A DNA stretch of 63,819 nucleotides, the filler included, from an uncultured Methanoregulaceae archaeon (lineage in GTDB: Archaea > Halobacteriota > Methanomicrobia > Methanomicrobiales > Methanospirillaceae), in NCBI GenBank assembly GCA_964530035.1. It is 3 parts of 3 records of this genome, joined end to end, with 100 filler letters (N's around TTAATTAATTAA, not from the genome) between each part and the next. Parts side by side here need not be neighbours in the genome. Positions count along the whole stretch, not along the records: positions 1 to 23,313 come from CAZGXZ010000016.1; 2 more parts are not named here. One strand, 5' to 3'. Positions 1 to 10,706 of this stretch are shown here, in pieces; positions within the stretch are counted from its first letter, which is position 1, and the number at the start of each line of letters is the position of its first letter. The position numbers and the translations under genes were made by a program. The notes beneath the pieces are model-generated. The model had not been told where the DNA came from and did no database searches. It saw nothing but the letters and a program-made list of their open reading frames with translations.

Positions 1-287
1 ACTTCATTCCTACTTATATCTGCAATAAACACTTTTTTTTGTGTTGATACCGTCCCTGACATGAGGGTCACGGAAGCCTGCGGGACATGGAGGCGTTCTG
101 ATATGATGTGAATAACCGCCTTATTTGCCTCTCCTTCGCGGGGTCGGGCCTTTGTCCGGCAACCAACGGCATTCCTCCATATATTATACCCATCGGGAAA
201 TGCATCGCGGTCAGATCCCGGAGAAACCTCTATCGAAATGACCACCCCGCCATTCCGCTCTGTAATGGCACCCTCCGGTCCGCTCAT
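1..287 (-). CDS. DUF167/YggU (UPF0235) family protein, 3' end outside window
   Basis: Manual translation from the ATG at 287 (alternative 293): MSGPEGAITERNGGVVISIEVSPGS...GYNIWRNAVGCRTKARPREGEANKAVI...VTLMSGTVSTQKKVFI. The PxxGxAN and SGxxSxxK pattern is typical of YggU. Absent from the ORF track because it is open-ended. Confidence 0.8.
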   Translation of the reverse strand, partial: MSGPEGAITERNGGVVISIEVSPGSDRDAFPDGYNIWRNAVGCRTKARPREGEANKAVIHIISERLHVPQASVTLMSGTVSTQKKVFIADISRNE

Positions 288-484
288 GGCCATGATTTGG
301 AAGAGATATGTCGCCCGGCACTAACAGACATGGATCATCAGTGGCTTTTGCCGTTCTTCTCCTGTCAAACGCCCTCTGCCGGGCGGTGCCTGTCGCACTG
401 CCGGGTTGGCCCGAAGATCATCAGCTGGACGTCGCCAGGACCGTCACCCGGGGACCTATGGCAGTGCCTGTAACGGCACGTGAT

Positions 485-1744
485 TCAGGTATGCGGCGGA
501 AGGTGATAACCCCTCCCATAGAACCACACCGGGTTTCCAGGAAAGAAATCGCCATCCCTGAACACCGTCCTTCCGCTCAGCAGTACCTCTTCAGGAAAGA
601 TCGCGTCCATTCCCTCGAACGGGGTCCAGCCAGCCAGCGAATGGAGTTCTTCGGCATCAATTCCTGTTATTTTCCTTGGATAGACGGCAAAATCAGCCCG
701 GTCTCCCGGTGAAAAGCCGGCAGGGGGGATTCCCATGATCCGGGAGGGGTTCCTGCTTGTACGGTCAATGAGGCCGGAAAGGGGTATCCTGCCCTCTTCG
801 ACGAGGGCGAGGAGGAGGGGGATCATGGTTTCGACACCCGGAAAACCAGAGGGGGCTTGAGGAAACGGACTATCTTTTTCCTCGATGGTATGGGGTGCAT
901 GGTCTGAACCGATGGTATCGATCCTGTCCCAGTCTGACAGGAGCGCCGCCTGCTCCTTTCGTGTTCTCAGGGGAGGATTTACCTTGCCACGACCGTCACC
1001 GGGATCAAAGTCCTCGCAGGAAAGGAGGAGGTGATGGGGGGTCGCCTCGACCGTACCCCGTACTTCCCGTATCGCCAGGGAGGAACTCACATGGCAGAAA
1101 TGAAGCCGGCTTTCCGGGGATGAGCCCCTGGAAATACGCCTGATCGCCCGTGCTTCCCCCGCAGGATTGCGGAGGCGATAGTGGTCGGCGAGGGACTCGT
1201 CCGGGCCGTCGGCCACCTCTTCAGCGTGGAGAGTGGTTACGGCCCCTGCCTGAGTTGCAAATGCGATGGTTTCACCCGGGTCAACGGCTTCGGCATAGCT
1301 TGACGCTCCAGTGAAAACCTCACCGAATGCCAGCACACCTTCACGCCACATCCCGGCCAGTGCACCGCCCGACGCTGCTCCCCCGTTTATTGCAAAATGG
1401 CAGAATGATGTTTTTTTTGCCAGTTGAACTCGTTTGCGGACCCTTTCAGGCACGTCCAGGGGCGGGACGGTGTTTGGCTGGTCGACCACGACGGTTACAC
1501 CCCCGGCAATGGCGCTCATTGAACCCGACTTCCAGTCCTCCTTGTGCCGCTGCTCTCCGTCCCGCATGTGGACATGAAGGTCGACCGCACCGGGAAGGAC
1601 ACGCATCCCCCTGCAACTGCGACGTTCCGGAGAGGCACGCGGGCTCCCGACATGGACGACCCGGCCATCCCTGATACTGATATCTGCTATTCTTCCGTCA
1701 GGGAGCTGGACGTCGGTCAGAACGCGGTCGCAGCGGTTGGTCAT
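485..1744 (-). CDS. pyrC: Dihydroorotase (amidohydrolase family)
   Basis: Motifs PGAVDLHVHMRD, DQPNTVPP, EATPHHL, KVNPPLR, IGSDHAPH, GWTPFEG. Start placed at MTNRCDRV within ORF 485..1888. Confidence 0.9.
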   Translation of the reverse strand: MTNRCDRVLTDVQLPDGRIADISIRDGRVVHVGSPRASPERRSCRGMRVLPGAVDLHVHMRDGEQRHKEDWKSGSMSAIAGGVTVVVDQPNTVPPLDVPERVRKRVQLAKKTSFCHFAINGGAASGGALAGMWREGVLAFGEVFTGASSYAEAVDPGETIAFATQAGAVTTLHAEEVADGPDESLADHYRLRNPAGEARAIRRISRGSSPESRLHFCHVSSSLAIREVRGTVEATPHHLLLSCEDFDPGDGRGKVNPPLRTRKEQAALLSDWDRIDTIGSDHAPHTIEEKDSPFPQAPSGFPGVETMIPLLLALVEEGRIPLSGLIDRTSRNPSRIMGIPPAGFSPGDRADFAVYPRKITGIDAEELHSLAGWTPFEGMDAIFPEEVLLSGRTVFRDGDFFPGNPVWFYGRGYHLPPHT

Positions 1745-1945
1745 GGCATCATAATCCCTTGGTGAAGAGATCAGGTTGTATCCAGATAAGGATAGATCTT
1801 TTCTGCCCGGGAACGGGTAGGGTGGATCACGGGCAGGATCCCGGTCCCAATCCATAGACCAGGATTGAGGGATACCTATGACCCCCACGGGAAATCCCTG
1901 GCTCAGGATCCCGGAAAACCTGGTATATATGAAGTACTGACAGGG

Positions 1946-4204
1946 TTAATCAGTGCATTGCCCTGATAGAGGAGTCTTTTTCCTTTCTTTTCCCCTGCCA
2001 AGACGACCGATGAGGATCAACACGGCAGGCATGACAATAATCGCCCCTATCAACGAACACCCCACGGTCAGGACCGTTACGAGGCCGAAGTTGCTGATCA
2101 TGTTGAAACGTGAAAAGATGAGTGCAGCGAACCCGAATACGGTAGTTATGCCTGATACTGAGATCGCCGCCCCAATCTGGCCGTTTGCATGGCAGATCGC
2201 TCCCATGAGGGACAGCCCGGCCTCGCGTTCCTCGTAAAAACGTTCCATGATCACGATGGTGTACTCGGAGGCCACCCCGATGGTCATCGAGCCGAGTACG
2301 GCGGTCATCGGCGTATAATCAATCCCAAGGACATACATGATCAGGCCGTTCCAGCCCACGAGCATCATGATCGGGATAAGGGGAGTAACCGCACGGGTTA
2401 CCCTGCGGTAGACCAGCAGGAGAAACGAGAATATGAGGACAAACGCAAGGAGGGTCATCTGGATCTTCCCATCCGAGATCTCCCTGATAAGCGCTGAGAA
2501 CATCGCCGCCTGACCGGTTGTATCAGCCGTCACCCCTACAGGAGGTTTCTTCCAGAGGAGGTCGTTTTTCACGAGGTTGACATTTGACATCGCGACCTGG
2601 TTCTCCATCTTTACCGTCGAGAACTCGATTACCGCCTCGTTGCTCCCAGAAAGGTAGCGGATTTTTTCACCGGCCGGTATCTTTTCAAGGACACGTGCTA
2701 TCTCCGTATCCGATCCAGGGACCCTTCCCCCGTTGTGCTCCCTGATGAGGTTGACAATGCTCCGTGCACCGGTCATCTTCGGATTCGATTCCAGTTCGTA
2801 CTGCTGAAACTCATCGATCCACCGTATCACGTCCAGGGAAACGACGGTGTCTCCACGGACATAGACCGGCAAGGTGGATGTGGATCCCATGGTCCTCGTA
2901 ACCTTGTTGAGGTCGATCACGGCGGGCATGTCGGACGGGACAAAGGTCTTTTCATCGGTGTTGACAAGGATCTCTCCGTCCATCTGGAACCCGATGAACC
3001 CTATCAGCGCACATACGACGAATACCGGTATGGCATTCTTTGCAATTTTTTCAGTGAGCGAGCCGATTGCGCAGTTGTACTGTTCAGAACGGGTCAGTTT
3101 TCCCCCGTTTTCTGCGTTGTTCCGGACCGGGCGGTACTTCATGAACATACCAAAGGCCGGGACGATGATCAATGCGGCCAGGTAGCAGCACCCGACTCCA
3201 ATGACGCAGACAAGCCCGAATGTCCGGATCATCGGGACGGGAGATATCATCATGGCAACAAACCCAAGGGATGTCGCAAGCATCGCATACAGGATGGAAG
3301 GGCCGGCCTTCGTTACCGTGGTCATCACCGCCCGGGGGAGCGGAGACCGTTTCGTCTCCTCGTCGAACCTCGAATGGAACTGGATTGCATAGTCTATCCC
3401 AATCCCGATGAGGACGGGAAATGCGCTGATGACCACCATGCTGATGGCGATGCCGGCAAAGCCGATTATCCCGAACGTAAGGACAAGCCCCGATGCAACA
3501 ATGGCGACCGATAACAACCGGTACCTCACATGAGAGAAGAAGATTCCAACCGCGATGACCATGAGCACCATCGCGATCATGATCAGCATCCCCATGGAGG
3601 AGCCCATCTCCTGCATGAGCTGTTGTTGAAATGCCGGGTTGCCTGATACCGTGACGCTTATCCCGGCCGGGGGACTCGAGATGGCAATGACCGAGTCAAG
3701 ACCGGATACAATTGATTGCTGGACCGTTGAAGAAACACCCGGTTCCAGTTCAACCACCATGATCGTCATCAGCTTCGAGGGGACATACCGGATAAGGAGC
3801 TCGGAAGGGACTTTTGACTCCGCCTCGGCTATCTCTGCCGTGGAGGTGGGGAGAATCCCGCCGTTTCCCTGCTTCACGAGGTCAACCAGGCCTGAGGTTC
3901 CTGTCACATGGGGCTGCCGCCTGACCTGGCCTGCAAGACGGTCCATGTAGGCAAGGGTGTCGGGACTGAGGACATCGTCGCTTTCGATGATGAGCATCAG
4001 GCTGTCGGACTGGAAGTTCTGGGTATAACTATCAAGAAGCATTCCCCGCGGGCTGTCCTTGTCGATATAGGTCGATGTCCCGCTCTCCATCGTGATAAAC
4101 GTCGTACCGATGAATGAACAAAAAAGAATGACTGCAACGATTGCGAGCACTGGACCCGGGCGGCGGGATATTTGTTTGCCGATGTATTCGAAGACCGAAT
4201 CCAT
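1946..4204 (-). CDS. RND-superfamily / MMPL (HAE3-type) membrane transporter
   Basis: Two repeated halves, each a TM helix, a large loop and about 5 TMs; motifs GIGIDYAIQFHSRFDEE and GVASEYTIVIMERFYEE. Start at MDSVFEYIG. Confidence 0.9.
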   Translation of the reverse strand: MDSVFEYIGKQISRRPGPVLAIVAVILFCSFIGTTFITMESGTSTYIDKDSPRGMLLDSYTQNFQSDSLMLIIESDDVLSPDTLAYMDRLAGQVRRQPHVTGTSGLVDLVKQGNGGILPTSTAEIAEAESKVPSELLIRYVPSKLMTIMVVELEPGVSSTVQQSIVSGLDSVIAISSPPAGISVTVSGNPAFQQQLMQEMGSSMGMLIMIAMVLMVIAVGIFFSHVRYRLLSVAIVASGLVLTFGIIGFAGIAISMVVISAFPVLIGIGIDYAIQFHSRFDEETKRSPLPRAVMTTVTKAGPSILYAMLATSLGFVAMMISPVPMIRTFGLVCVIGVGCCYLAALIIVPAFGMFMKYRPVRNNAENGGKLTRSEQYNCAIGSLTEKIAKNAIPVFVVCALIGFIGFQMDGEILVNTDEKTFVPSDMPAVIDLNKVTRTMGSTSTLPVYVRGDTVVSLDVIRWIDEFQQYELESNPKMTGARSIVNLIREHNGGRVPGSDTEIARVLEKIPAGEKIRYLSGSNEAVIEFSTVKMENQVAMSNVNLVKNDLLWKKPPVGVTADTTGQAAMFSALIREISDGKIQMTLLAFVLIFSFLLLVYRRVTRAVTPLIPIMMLVGWNGLIMYVLGIDYTPMTAVLGSMTIGVASEYTIVIMERFYEEREAGLSLMGAICHANGQIGAAISVSGITTVFGFAALIFSRFNMISNFGLVTVLTVGCSLIGAIIVMPAVLILIGRLGRGKERKKTPLSGQCTD

Positions 4205-4538
4205 TCTTTCCCCGGAGTATCTCTTTACCGTGGGGTTAGTCGGCATATATGGTTTATGACAACAAACGGCACGCATCCAGGGCCGGAGAAAGGTTTATCC
4301 ATGCATCATCTTCGAAGATCAGGAAAAAACCAGGACGATTGGAAAACCTAAAAATGCGGTGCAGGGGTAAGGATTCTTTCAGCATGCTGAAGGATGGCCG
4401 GGAGATCTCCCTCATCGATCCAGAGGCATGACATCCCTTTCCGTTCCTCATTACCACAGCTTTTCCTGGGTTCCGGGCCCTGTTTTCCCCTGCAGAAAAG
4501 TGCATGATTATATAAGGGCATACGGAAAACACTCCCTC

Positions 4539-4910
4539 ATGGCTACAATCCTCATTACCGATGACTCCGTGTATATGAGGGACCTGTTAAAAGCCATTGT
4601 TTCCCGGTCGCCTCACACGGTCATAGCCGAAGCTTCAGGGGGACAGGACTGTATAGCTCTGTACCGGGATAAAAAGCCAGATATTGTCCTTTTAGATAAT
4701 ATCATGCCTGAAATGAAAGGAATTGAAACATTGAAAGTCCTCATGGAGATCGATCCTGGTGCACGCGTGATCATGGTTTCCGCAGACCACCAGGACCTCT
4801 CCGTCCAGATGGCGACACGATACGGGGCACGGGGTTTTATAGCGAAACCCTTCAACCCGGAAACCGTGCTATCTGAAATCGAGTCAGCACTGTCCGGTAC
4901 GAATTCATAA
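4539..4910 (+). CDS. Single-domain response regulator (CheY-like receiver)
   Basis: ILITDDS, PDIVLLDNIMPEMKG, IMVSA and FIAKPF receiver motifs. Confidence 0.92.
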   Translation: MATILITDDSVYMRDLLKAIVSRSPHTVIAEASGGQDCIALYRDKKPDIVLLDNIMPEMKGIETLKVLMEIDPGARVIMVSADHQDLSVQMATRYGARGFIAKPFNPETVLSEIESALSGTNS

Positions 4911-5268
4911 TAAGGACAAAGAGTAAGGAGCATGCCTGCCGCGCATGGTACTTCCTGCTTTCCGGATACGTTTTTTTCTGCAGGACATCGTCCCCGACGT
5001 ACAGGTTTTTCCCGGGGCAATCCGTTCGGGGAGAGGTGTTCCAGGATCCTGGTGGAATGGCTGTCAGACCCTTCTGTCGAAAATGATACTAAAAGAATCT
5101 CCTACTCAGCGGGGTTCCTAGCGACCGGAACTGCATAATGGTCCACCCGGTTCACCATTTTCAGGCTTCAGACTTATATTAATCGTATTTTGTCTTTAAA
5201 CAGAGTAAATGTGCTTTTTTTTCCCTGTCCGGATGACAAGTCGATAGATTCATCATGATGTCAGGTGA

Positions 5269-5895
5269 GTGGATCATGGAAGTGACGGTCCTGTGTACTG
5301 CGGGAAATGCGGGCAAAAAATTGGGTCTGATGTGGGTTTTTGTCCGTTTTGTGGAGTTAATCTCAAACTCGTACCGCCACGCCTGGTGATACGCCACCGC
5401 GGGGAGGGTATGACCTCTGATACGTACAGCGGTTTCTGGCGGAGATTTCTTGCTTTCCTGATTGACCTTGTATTCATAATTCTTATTGGTGCGGGCCTTT
5501 GCCTTTTCCTTGGCCTTTGGGAAGGGGTAAGAATGGCCTACCAGGTACTCAGGGGTTTGCCAGTCACCAACGCCCAGGGTGTGGTCGTCAGTTCAACGGT
5601 CCCGGTTGCACTGGCAATATCATTTGCAGTCCTCATCATCATTGTCCCATGGCTCTATTTTGCAGGCCTTGAGGCGTCTAGAAACCAGGCAACACTTGGG
5701 AAGCTGGCGGTAAGGGTAGCGGTCACCGATATTCATGGAGAGCGGATTACCTTTCTTAGGGCAACCCTCAGGCATTTTGGAAAATTCATCTCTATTATCA
5801 CCCTCTTTACGGGATTCACCCTGATAGCGCTCACCCGGCAGAACCAGGGGCTGCACGATATAATCGCCGGGACCCTCATGTTCCTCCATAAATAA
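5269..5895 (+). CDS. RDD family membrane protein with N-terminal zinc ribbon
   Basis: YCGKCG...FCPFCG zinc ribbon; GFWRRFLAFLID, QATLGK, QGLHDIIAGT RDD motifs. Confidence 0.88.
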   Translation: MDHGSDGPVYCGKCGQKIGSDVGFCPFCGVNLKLVPPRLVIRHRGEGMTSDTYSGFWRRFLAFLIDLVFIILIGAGLCLFLGLWEGVRMAYQVLRGLPVTNAQGVVVSSTVPVALAISFAVLIIIVPWLYFAGLEASRNQATLGKLAVRVAVTDIHGERITFLRATLRHFGKFISIITLFTGFTLIALTRQNQGLHDIIAGTLMFLHK

Positions 5896-6058
5896 CCGTA
5901 CTTTCAGGACCCGGTGTCCTGGCAGTTGGACGGGACATGATTGATAACCGTAACTCCGGGACGCTGCCTTTCCAGGGGATTACCCGAAAATTCGCAGGGA
6001 CCTGGAAGGGCACTGGAAATTTACACTTCCCTGTCTGTTGACGGGTTTCACCATGAAG

Positions 6059-6430
6059 TCATGACAGGACCGTTTCGTCTGACTGCTGCCAGGCAGGAGC
6101 TACTATCGCAAGGAATACGAGGTCACGCATTCCCGTGTTTTTTATCGACTGTACCGCCGAGGGAGGGATATACACGGCCTGGCCCTCCCTGATACGCCCC
6201 TCCTCCTCACCGATAGTCACCACGCCCTCACCGGCAAGGATATAGTAGATCTCAAGAGAACCGTTCAGTTTGTGCGGAATGGACGCTGCACCGGGCCTGA
6301 GTACCGCCTGGGCCATGCTCAGGGGTAGTGGCCTTGGTGAGCCCTGGTGGTCTGGATGGATGAGTTCTGACAGGAGGGTCCCATCACCAGCCCTCTTGAA
6401 AGCCGAAGCCTTACTGTCCCGGATATACAT
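6059..6430 (-). CDS. Cupin domain protein
   Basis: PHKL..SLEIYYILAGEG...GQAVYIPP..VQSIKNTG cupin motifs. Confidence 0.88.
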   Translation of the reverse strand: MYIRDSKASAFKRAGDGTLLSELIHPDHQGSPRPLPLSMAQAVLRPGAASIPHKLNGSLEIYYILAGEGVVTIGEEEGRIREGQAVYIPPSAVQSIKNTGMRDLVFLAIVAPAWQQSDETVLS

Positions 6431-6709
6431 ACAGAAGAGAAGCTACGGGAAATGATTAAAGGTACCCGTTATTCAAGAAACACACATCCGGAAAAACCCT
6501 TCAGTATCTGCACCAATAGGGCAGACCGAGATCACTGGGAACGAGGTCCGGGATGTCAGCGTGATTGCGAGAGGGGAGGGAGGATCGGCACATGGGGGGT
6601 AAGAATCCTATCCGACATCCCTTGAGTCCCGCTCTCTCTATTCTCGTTGCAGGAACTTGTAAAAATGTATTGCGGTTTGATCCGGGACCACACCGGGCGC
6701 AACAGACCC

Positions 6710-7063
6710 TCAGCGTTTCTCCTCATAGACCCTGACCGGCACCGGCATGATCCCCGGACGTTTGTCGGTAAGAAAACTAAGATACGAAAGAATATGGACC
6801 TGGTACTCGCAGTAACCCTGCACGAAATCAGCGAGCCCCCTGCTTCTCCGCCCGAGAAACAGGATGACGAAGAACTGGATGAATGTACAGATGCTTGCGA
6901 TGAACGAATATACGAACAGTACAATGGCGACCGCAATCGAATAGATGATGCGTATAAGGAGTTCAAGCCTCCCCGCCTTTTCCTCGTATTCAAACAAAAC
7001 ATCGCCCGGGCAACGGGATTGTCCGCTTAGGGCGGGATTATCCGCGGAGTTCTCTGGATCCAT
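6710..7063 (-). CDS. DUF4389-like small membrane protein
   Basis: RLELLIR...IQFFVILFLGRR..GLADF...YLSFLTDKRP pattern recalled for DUF4389. Confidence 0.75.
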   Translation of the reverse strand: MDPENSADNPALSGQSRCPGDVLFEYEEKAGRLELLIRIIYSIAVAIVLFVYSFIASICTFIQFFVILFLGRRSRGLADFVQGYCEYQVHILSYLSFLTDKRPGIMPVPVRVYEEKR

Positions 7064-7425
7064 TCACAACAGATCTCCATGCCCGGAAATAAATCTGTTG
7101 GTACAAGAAGCGAATGGCACCGGGATACCGGTGAATTATCTTTTTCTCCCCGGATATTCACATTATTCCGGCACCAGGCGGGATAGCAACAAAGTTTTCC
7201 TGGTATTGGCCGGATACAGGGATTTATTTCTCCCGGCTCCGTAGTGCAGAGGTGAAGATACCGATAGTAAATAGCATCATAAACGGGAGAGGTCCATGAA
7301 CCATATGGAGTTAATCCCTGCTTTCCGTGCAGGTATCAGAAACATCCACCTTGCAGAACAGACTGATGGATACAACCCGGAGAAGCCCTGAAAACGCTGA
7401 ATAATCCTGCTGACGGTAATGCGAA

Positions 7426-8874
7426 ATGCTTACAGGTGTTGATATCGGGGGTACAAATACGGATATCGCTGTCGTAGGAGAGGACTTCATCACCCACAAG
7501 GTCCCCCATGGTGTCTCCCTTGGACAAATCCTGAATCTGCATGCGGCGCCCGGGAGGGTCGGGATCAGCACCTCACAACCACTGAACATGCTGATTACCG
7601 GAACAGGGCCTCGAGTGCTGCTTATCACCATACCCGGCCCGGGTCTTGTGTCCCAGGAGGTTGCGGTAGGTGGCTGCATCGATCACCGCGGGGAACTGGT
7701 AGAAAGCATCGAAGAACACCAGGTCCATGAAGCCATATCTTCAGGACAGCATGAGGCAATCGCAGTCTGCGGGAAGTTTTCGGTGAGGAACCCCGTCCTT
7801 GAAGATGCCGTCGCAGAGATAGCCAGGCAGTATGTATCCCCTGACCGGGTCGCCACTTCCCACCAGATTGGATCCCTGGACTTTCCTGCACGGAGTGCAA
7901 TGGTGAAGGCAAATGCATCAATCCTCCGGACCGTCCTGGGCATTAGCCGGGAGGTCATGAAGGTCTCGCCTGAGTTCCTGTATTTCAAGGGGGACGGGGG
8001 ACTTGCCCCACCGGCCGTCATCCATGGCAACCCCGGACTCCTCCTGAACTCCAGTCAGGCTGCGGTAGCCCTGGGAGCACGATACCTTACCGGTATTTCA
8101 GACGGGCTCATTATTGACATCGGAGGGACGACAACGGATATTATCCCGTTATCCGGCGGCAGGCCCCTCATGGGGACTCTCATGTATGAAGGTCATGACA
8201 CCCTCATTCCATCAGTCTCCAGCACATCGCTGCCCTATGGTGGTGACTCGGTAATCGAAGGCAACAGGCTGCTCCCGAGGCGCGAAGGAAATGCAAGGGC
8301 GTTTTCCGGCGACCTGCCCACGCTGACCGATGCCCTCAACCTGGCCGGGAACAGGATAGGCGATTCCTCAAGGTCATCTGTGCCCGCAGGTACGTCTCCC
8401 GTGCGGGTCATCGACAGTTTTGTTGACACCCTGGTGGCAATAATTCAGACCATTGACACAAAAATGCTGATAGGCACCGGGTTTCTTTCACCGTTCCTGG
8501 TCCCCCGCATCGCCTCAAGGTCGGGGGTACCATACATCATCCCGGAGCATGCTTCATGTGCCAACGCCATCGGGGTCGCCGTTTCGCGGGTCAGTCTTTC
8601 CCTTGCCATTCATGCTGATTCGGGAAAAAAACGCATGACCGTGAACGGACAGGTTCACCCATACCCGGCCGGGGCGGCTGCGGACCTCATTGGATGGGCA
8701 GTGGGTGAGGCGAGGACTCGCGCCACCGCTGCCGGCGCTTCACCGGAAGATGTCCGCGATGTGGACCTGGTATCCTTTTCTTCCTATGATGTTGTCCGCG
8801 GGGGTATGCGCCATGAGCGGATCACCGACCTTGTCGTACAGATATCTCCTGGAATCACGAGCGAGGCCCCATGA
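7426..8874 (+). CDS. Hydantoinase/oxoprolinase A-family protein (actin-like ATPase fold)
   Basis: GVDIGGTNTD, IDIGGTTTD, PTLTDA, ANAIG motifs. Its stop overlaps the next start (ATGA). Confidence 0.88.
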   Translation: MLTGVDIGGTNTDIAVVGEDFITHKVPHGVSLGQILNLHAAPGRVGISTSQPLNMLITGTGPRVLLITIPGPGLVSQEVAVGGCIDHRGELVESIEEHQVHEAISSGQHEAIAVCGKFSVRNPVLEDAVAEIARQYVSPDRVATSHQIGSLDFPARSAMVKANASILRTVLGISREVMKVSPEFLYFKGDGGLAPPAVIHGNPGLLLNSSQAAVALGARYLTGISDGLIIDIGGTTTDIIPLSGGRPLMGTLMYEGHDTLIPSVSSTSLPYGGDSVIEGNRLLPRREGNARAFSGDLPTLTDALNLAGNRIGDSSRSSVPAGTSPVRVIDSFVDTLVAIIQTIDTKMLIGTGFLSPFLVPRIASRSGVPYIIPEHASCANAIGVAVSRVSLSLAIHADSGKKRMTVNGQVHPYPAGAAADLIGWAVGEARTRATAAGASPEDVRDVDLVSFSSYDVVRGGMRHERITDLVVQISPGITSEAP

Positions 8875-9947
8875 CAACCGCCATCGTGTTCTGTGACTCG
8901 TACCTCCTCCATGAACAGGCACCCACCCACCCTGAGCGGAGGGAGCGGCTCCAGTATACCTGGGACCAGCTGGTGGAGGAAGGGCTGTTGCGGGACCCCC
9001 GGATACGTCTGGTCCACCCATACCCGGCCCCGCATGATGCGGTACGTGAGGTCCACGAGGGGTCATACCTGGACTTTCTTGAACATGCAAGTCTGAAGGG
9101 AGGGATTATTGATGCGGATACGAACGTACCCCCCGGCCTCCTTCAAAGGGCGCTCCTTGCGGCAGGAGGGGCCATGGCTGCAGCCGATGAGGTCCTCGCA
9201 GGTAACGTGACGAATGCCTTTGCCATGGTCCGGCCGCCCGGCCACCATGCCGGTACCAGGGGCGGAGGGGGGTTCTGCTACCTGAACAACATCGCCATTA
9301 TGACACGGCACATCCAGAAGAAGGGCATGCGACGCGTCCTTATCATTGACTGGGATGCTCACCACGGCAACGGGACTGAGCAGATCTTCTACCATGACCC
9401 CTCGGTCCTGTTCATATCGGTCCACCAGAGCCCCCTCTACCCCGGGACCGGTCACCTTTCCTCCACGGGAACTGGGGCTGGAAAAGGGTATACGGTCAAC
9501 CTTCCCGTCCCCCCGGGCTCCTCGGACGAAGTGTACCATTACCTCATGGAATCAGTCATTATCCCACTTGCACGAATATTTCACCCGGACGCCATCGCAG
9601 TTTCCGCAGGCCAGGACAACCATTTCACGGACCCGCTCACCAGTCTTGCCCTCACCTCGTCGGGGTATGCCCGTCTCATGGCCGGGGCGGTTGCCCTTGC
9701 AGGAGAACTGTGCGGAGGACGGTTAATTGCCGTACTTGAAGGGGGATACAGTGTGGAAGCGGCACTGCCATATACGAACCTCGGAATAATTGCGGCCATG
9801 GCAGGCATGGATATTTCGGGGATCAGGGAACCGGCTGCATACCGGTGGATGTATGAAGAGGCCTTTGACCCGCGTGCCCTCGATGTGGTGCGGCAAAGGG
9901 TTGGAGTCATCAAGGAATATTTACGCCCGGAATGGGGTGCTTTCTAG
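8871..9947 (+). CDS. Histone deacetylase family (Zn-dependent amidohydrolase)
   Basis: HPE, RPPGHHA, GFC, DWDAHHGNGT, SAGQD, LEGGY motifs. Confidence 0.95.
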   Translation: MTTAIVFCDSYLLHEQAPTHPERRERLQYTWDQLVEEGLLRDPRIRLVHPYPAPHDAVREVHEGSYLDFLEHASLKGGIIDADTNVPPGLLQRALLAAGGAMAAADEVLAGNVTNAFAMVRPPGHHAGTRGGGGFCYLNNIAIMTRHIQKKGMRRVLIIDWDAHHGNGTEQIFYHDPSVLFISVHQSPLYPGTGHLSSTGTGAGKGYTVNLPVPPGSSDEVYHYLMESVIIPLARIFHPDAIAVSAGQDNHFTDPLTSLALTSSGYARLMAGAVALAGELCGGRLIAVLEGGYSVEAALPYTNLGIIAAMAGMDISGIREPAAYRWMYEEAFDPRALDVVRQRVGVIKEYLRPEWGAF

Positions 9948-9953
9948 ACCGGG

Positions 9954-10232
9954 TCAGGATTCACTTTTGGAGGCGCCATATCTTATCCGTAGCCAGAAAA
10001 GAACGCAGACGAAGACCAGGGTTATCACGTTTGCCGCTACAATAGGCGGCCGGTCCTCGCATAAACCATAGATCGTCCACAGGGTAAGCCCTGTTGCAAA
10101 AAGGACGAGCATGAGAAGGGAGATATCCTTCGTGGACCGTGTCTTCACCGACCGTATGACCTGGGGAATAAATGCGACCGTCGTGCAGAACCCTGCAGAG
10201 TAACCGACTAACTCGGTGAGGTCGAATATCAT
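9954..10232 (-). CDS. SemiSWEET / PQ-loop transporter
   Basis: CTTVAFIPQV...STKDISL...LWTIYG...PIVAAN; three TM helices. Confidence 0.9.
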   Translation of the reverse strand: MIFDLTELVGYSAGFCTTVAFIPQVIRSVKTRSTKDISLLMLVLFATGLTLWTIYGLCEDRPPIVAANVITLVFVCVLFWLRIRYGASKSES

Positions 10233-10271
10233 GGCGACCTGCTCCAGGACCGGAAGAATCGCGCTTCCAGG

Positions 10272-10463
10272 TCAGTCATACCTGCTTTTTACCTTTCTCC
10301 ATCCGGTGTAGCCGCACACGAAACACCCGTCACCCTCGCACTCCCTGCAGGGTTCCGGAGGACATCGTACCAGGACATACCCTTTTTTGTCGCAATAACT
10401 ACAACCTTCACCGCCGCAGTGGGCACAGGTCCTCTCTGCCCATTCTCCTGCTTTCTCGTCCAT
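10272..10463 (-). CDS. Small Cys-rich zinc-finger protein (DnaJ-type CxxCxGxG repeats)
   Basis: CAHCGGEGCSYC...CRECEGDGCFVCG. Start uncertain (10463 or 10499). Confidence 0.7.
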   Translation of the reverse strand: MDEKAGEWAERTCAHCGGEGCSYCDKKGYVLVRCPPEPCRECEGDGCFVCGYTGWRKVKSRYD

Positions 10464-10706
10464 GTCAGATTTCTCTCCGTTCGCGTGGATTATTTTCATT
10501 TAGTTCCCAAAAAAGGTGATGTATTCATGGTCAGGCCTTGAGGACATGTTTATCCAGGACCATGTCAGAGTATGACACTGGCACACGGAACCATTTTTTC
10601 TGTACCATTTACGTCAGGAGCAACGGGCGCCTGCGGGTAATACGCAAGGAAATCGGGCGGTCATCCTTTTCTGAAAAAAATCCATATCTGAGGGATACCT
10701 AAGGTA

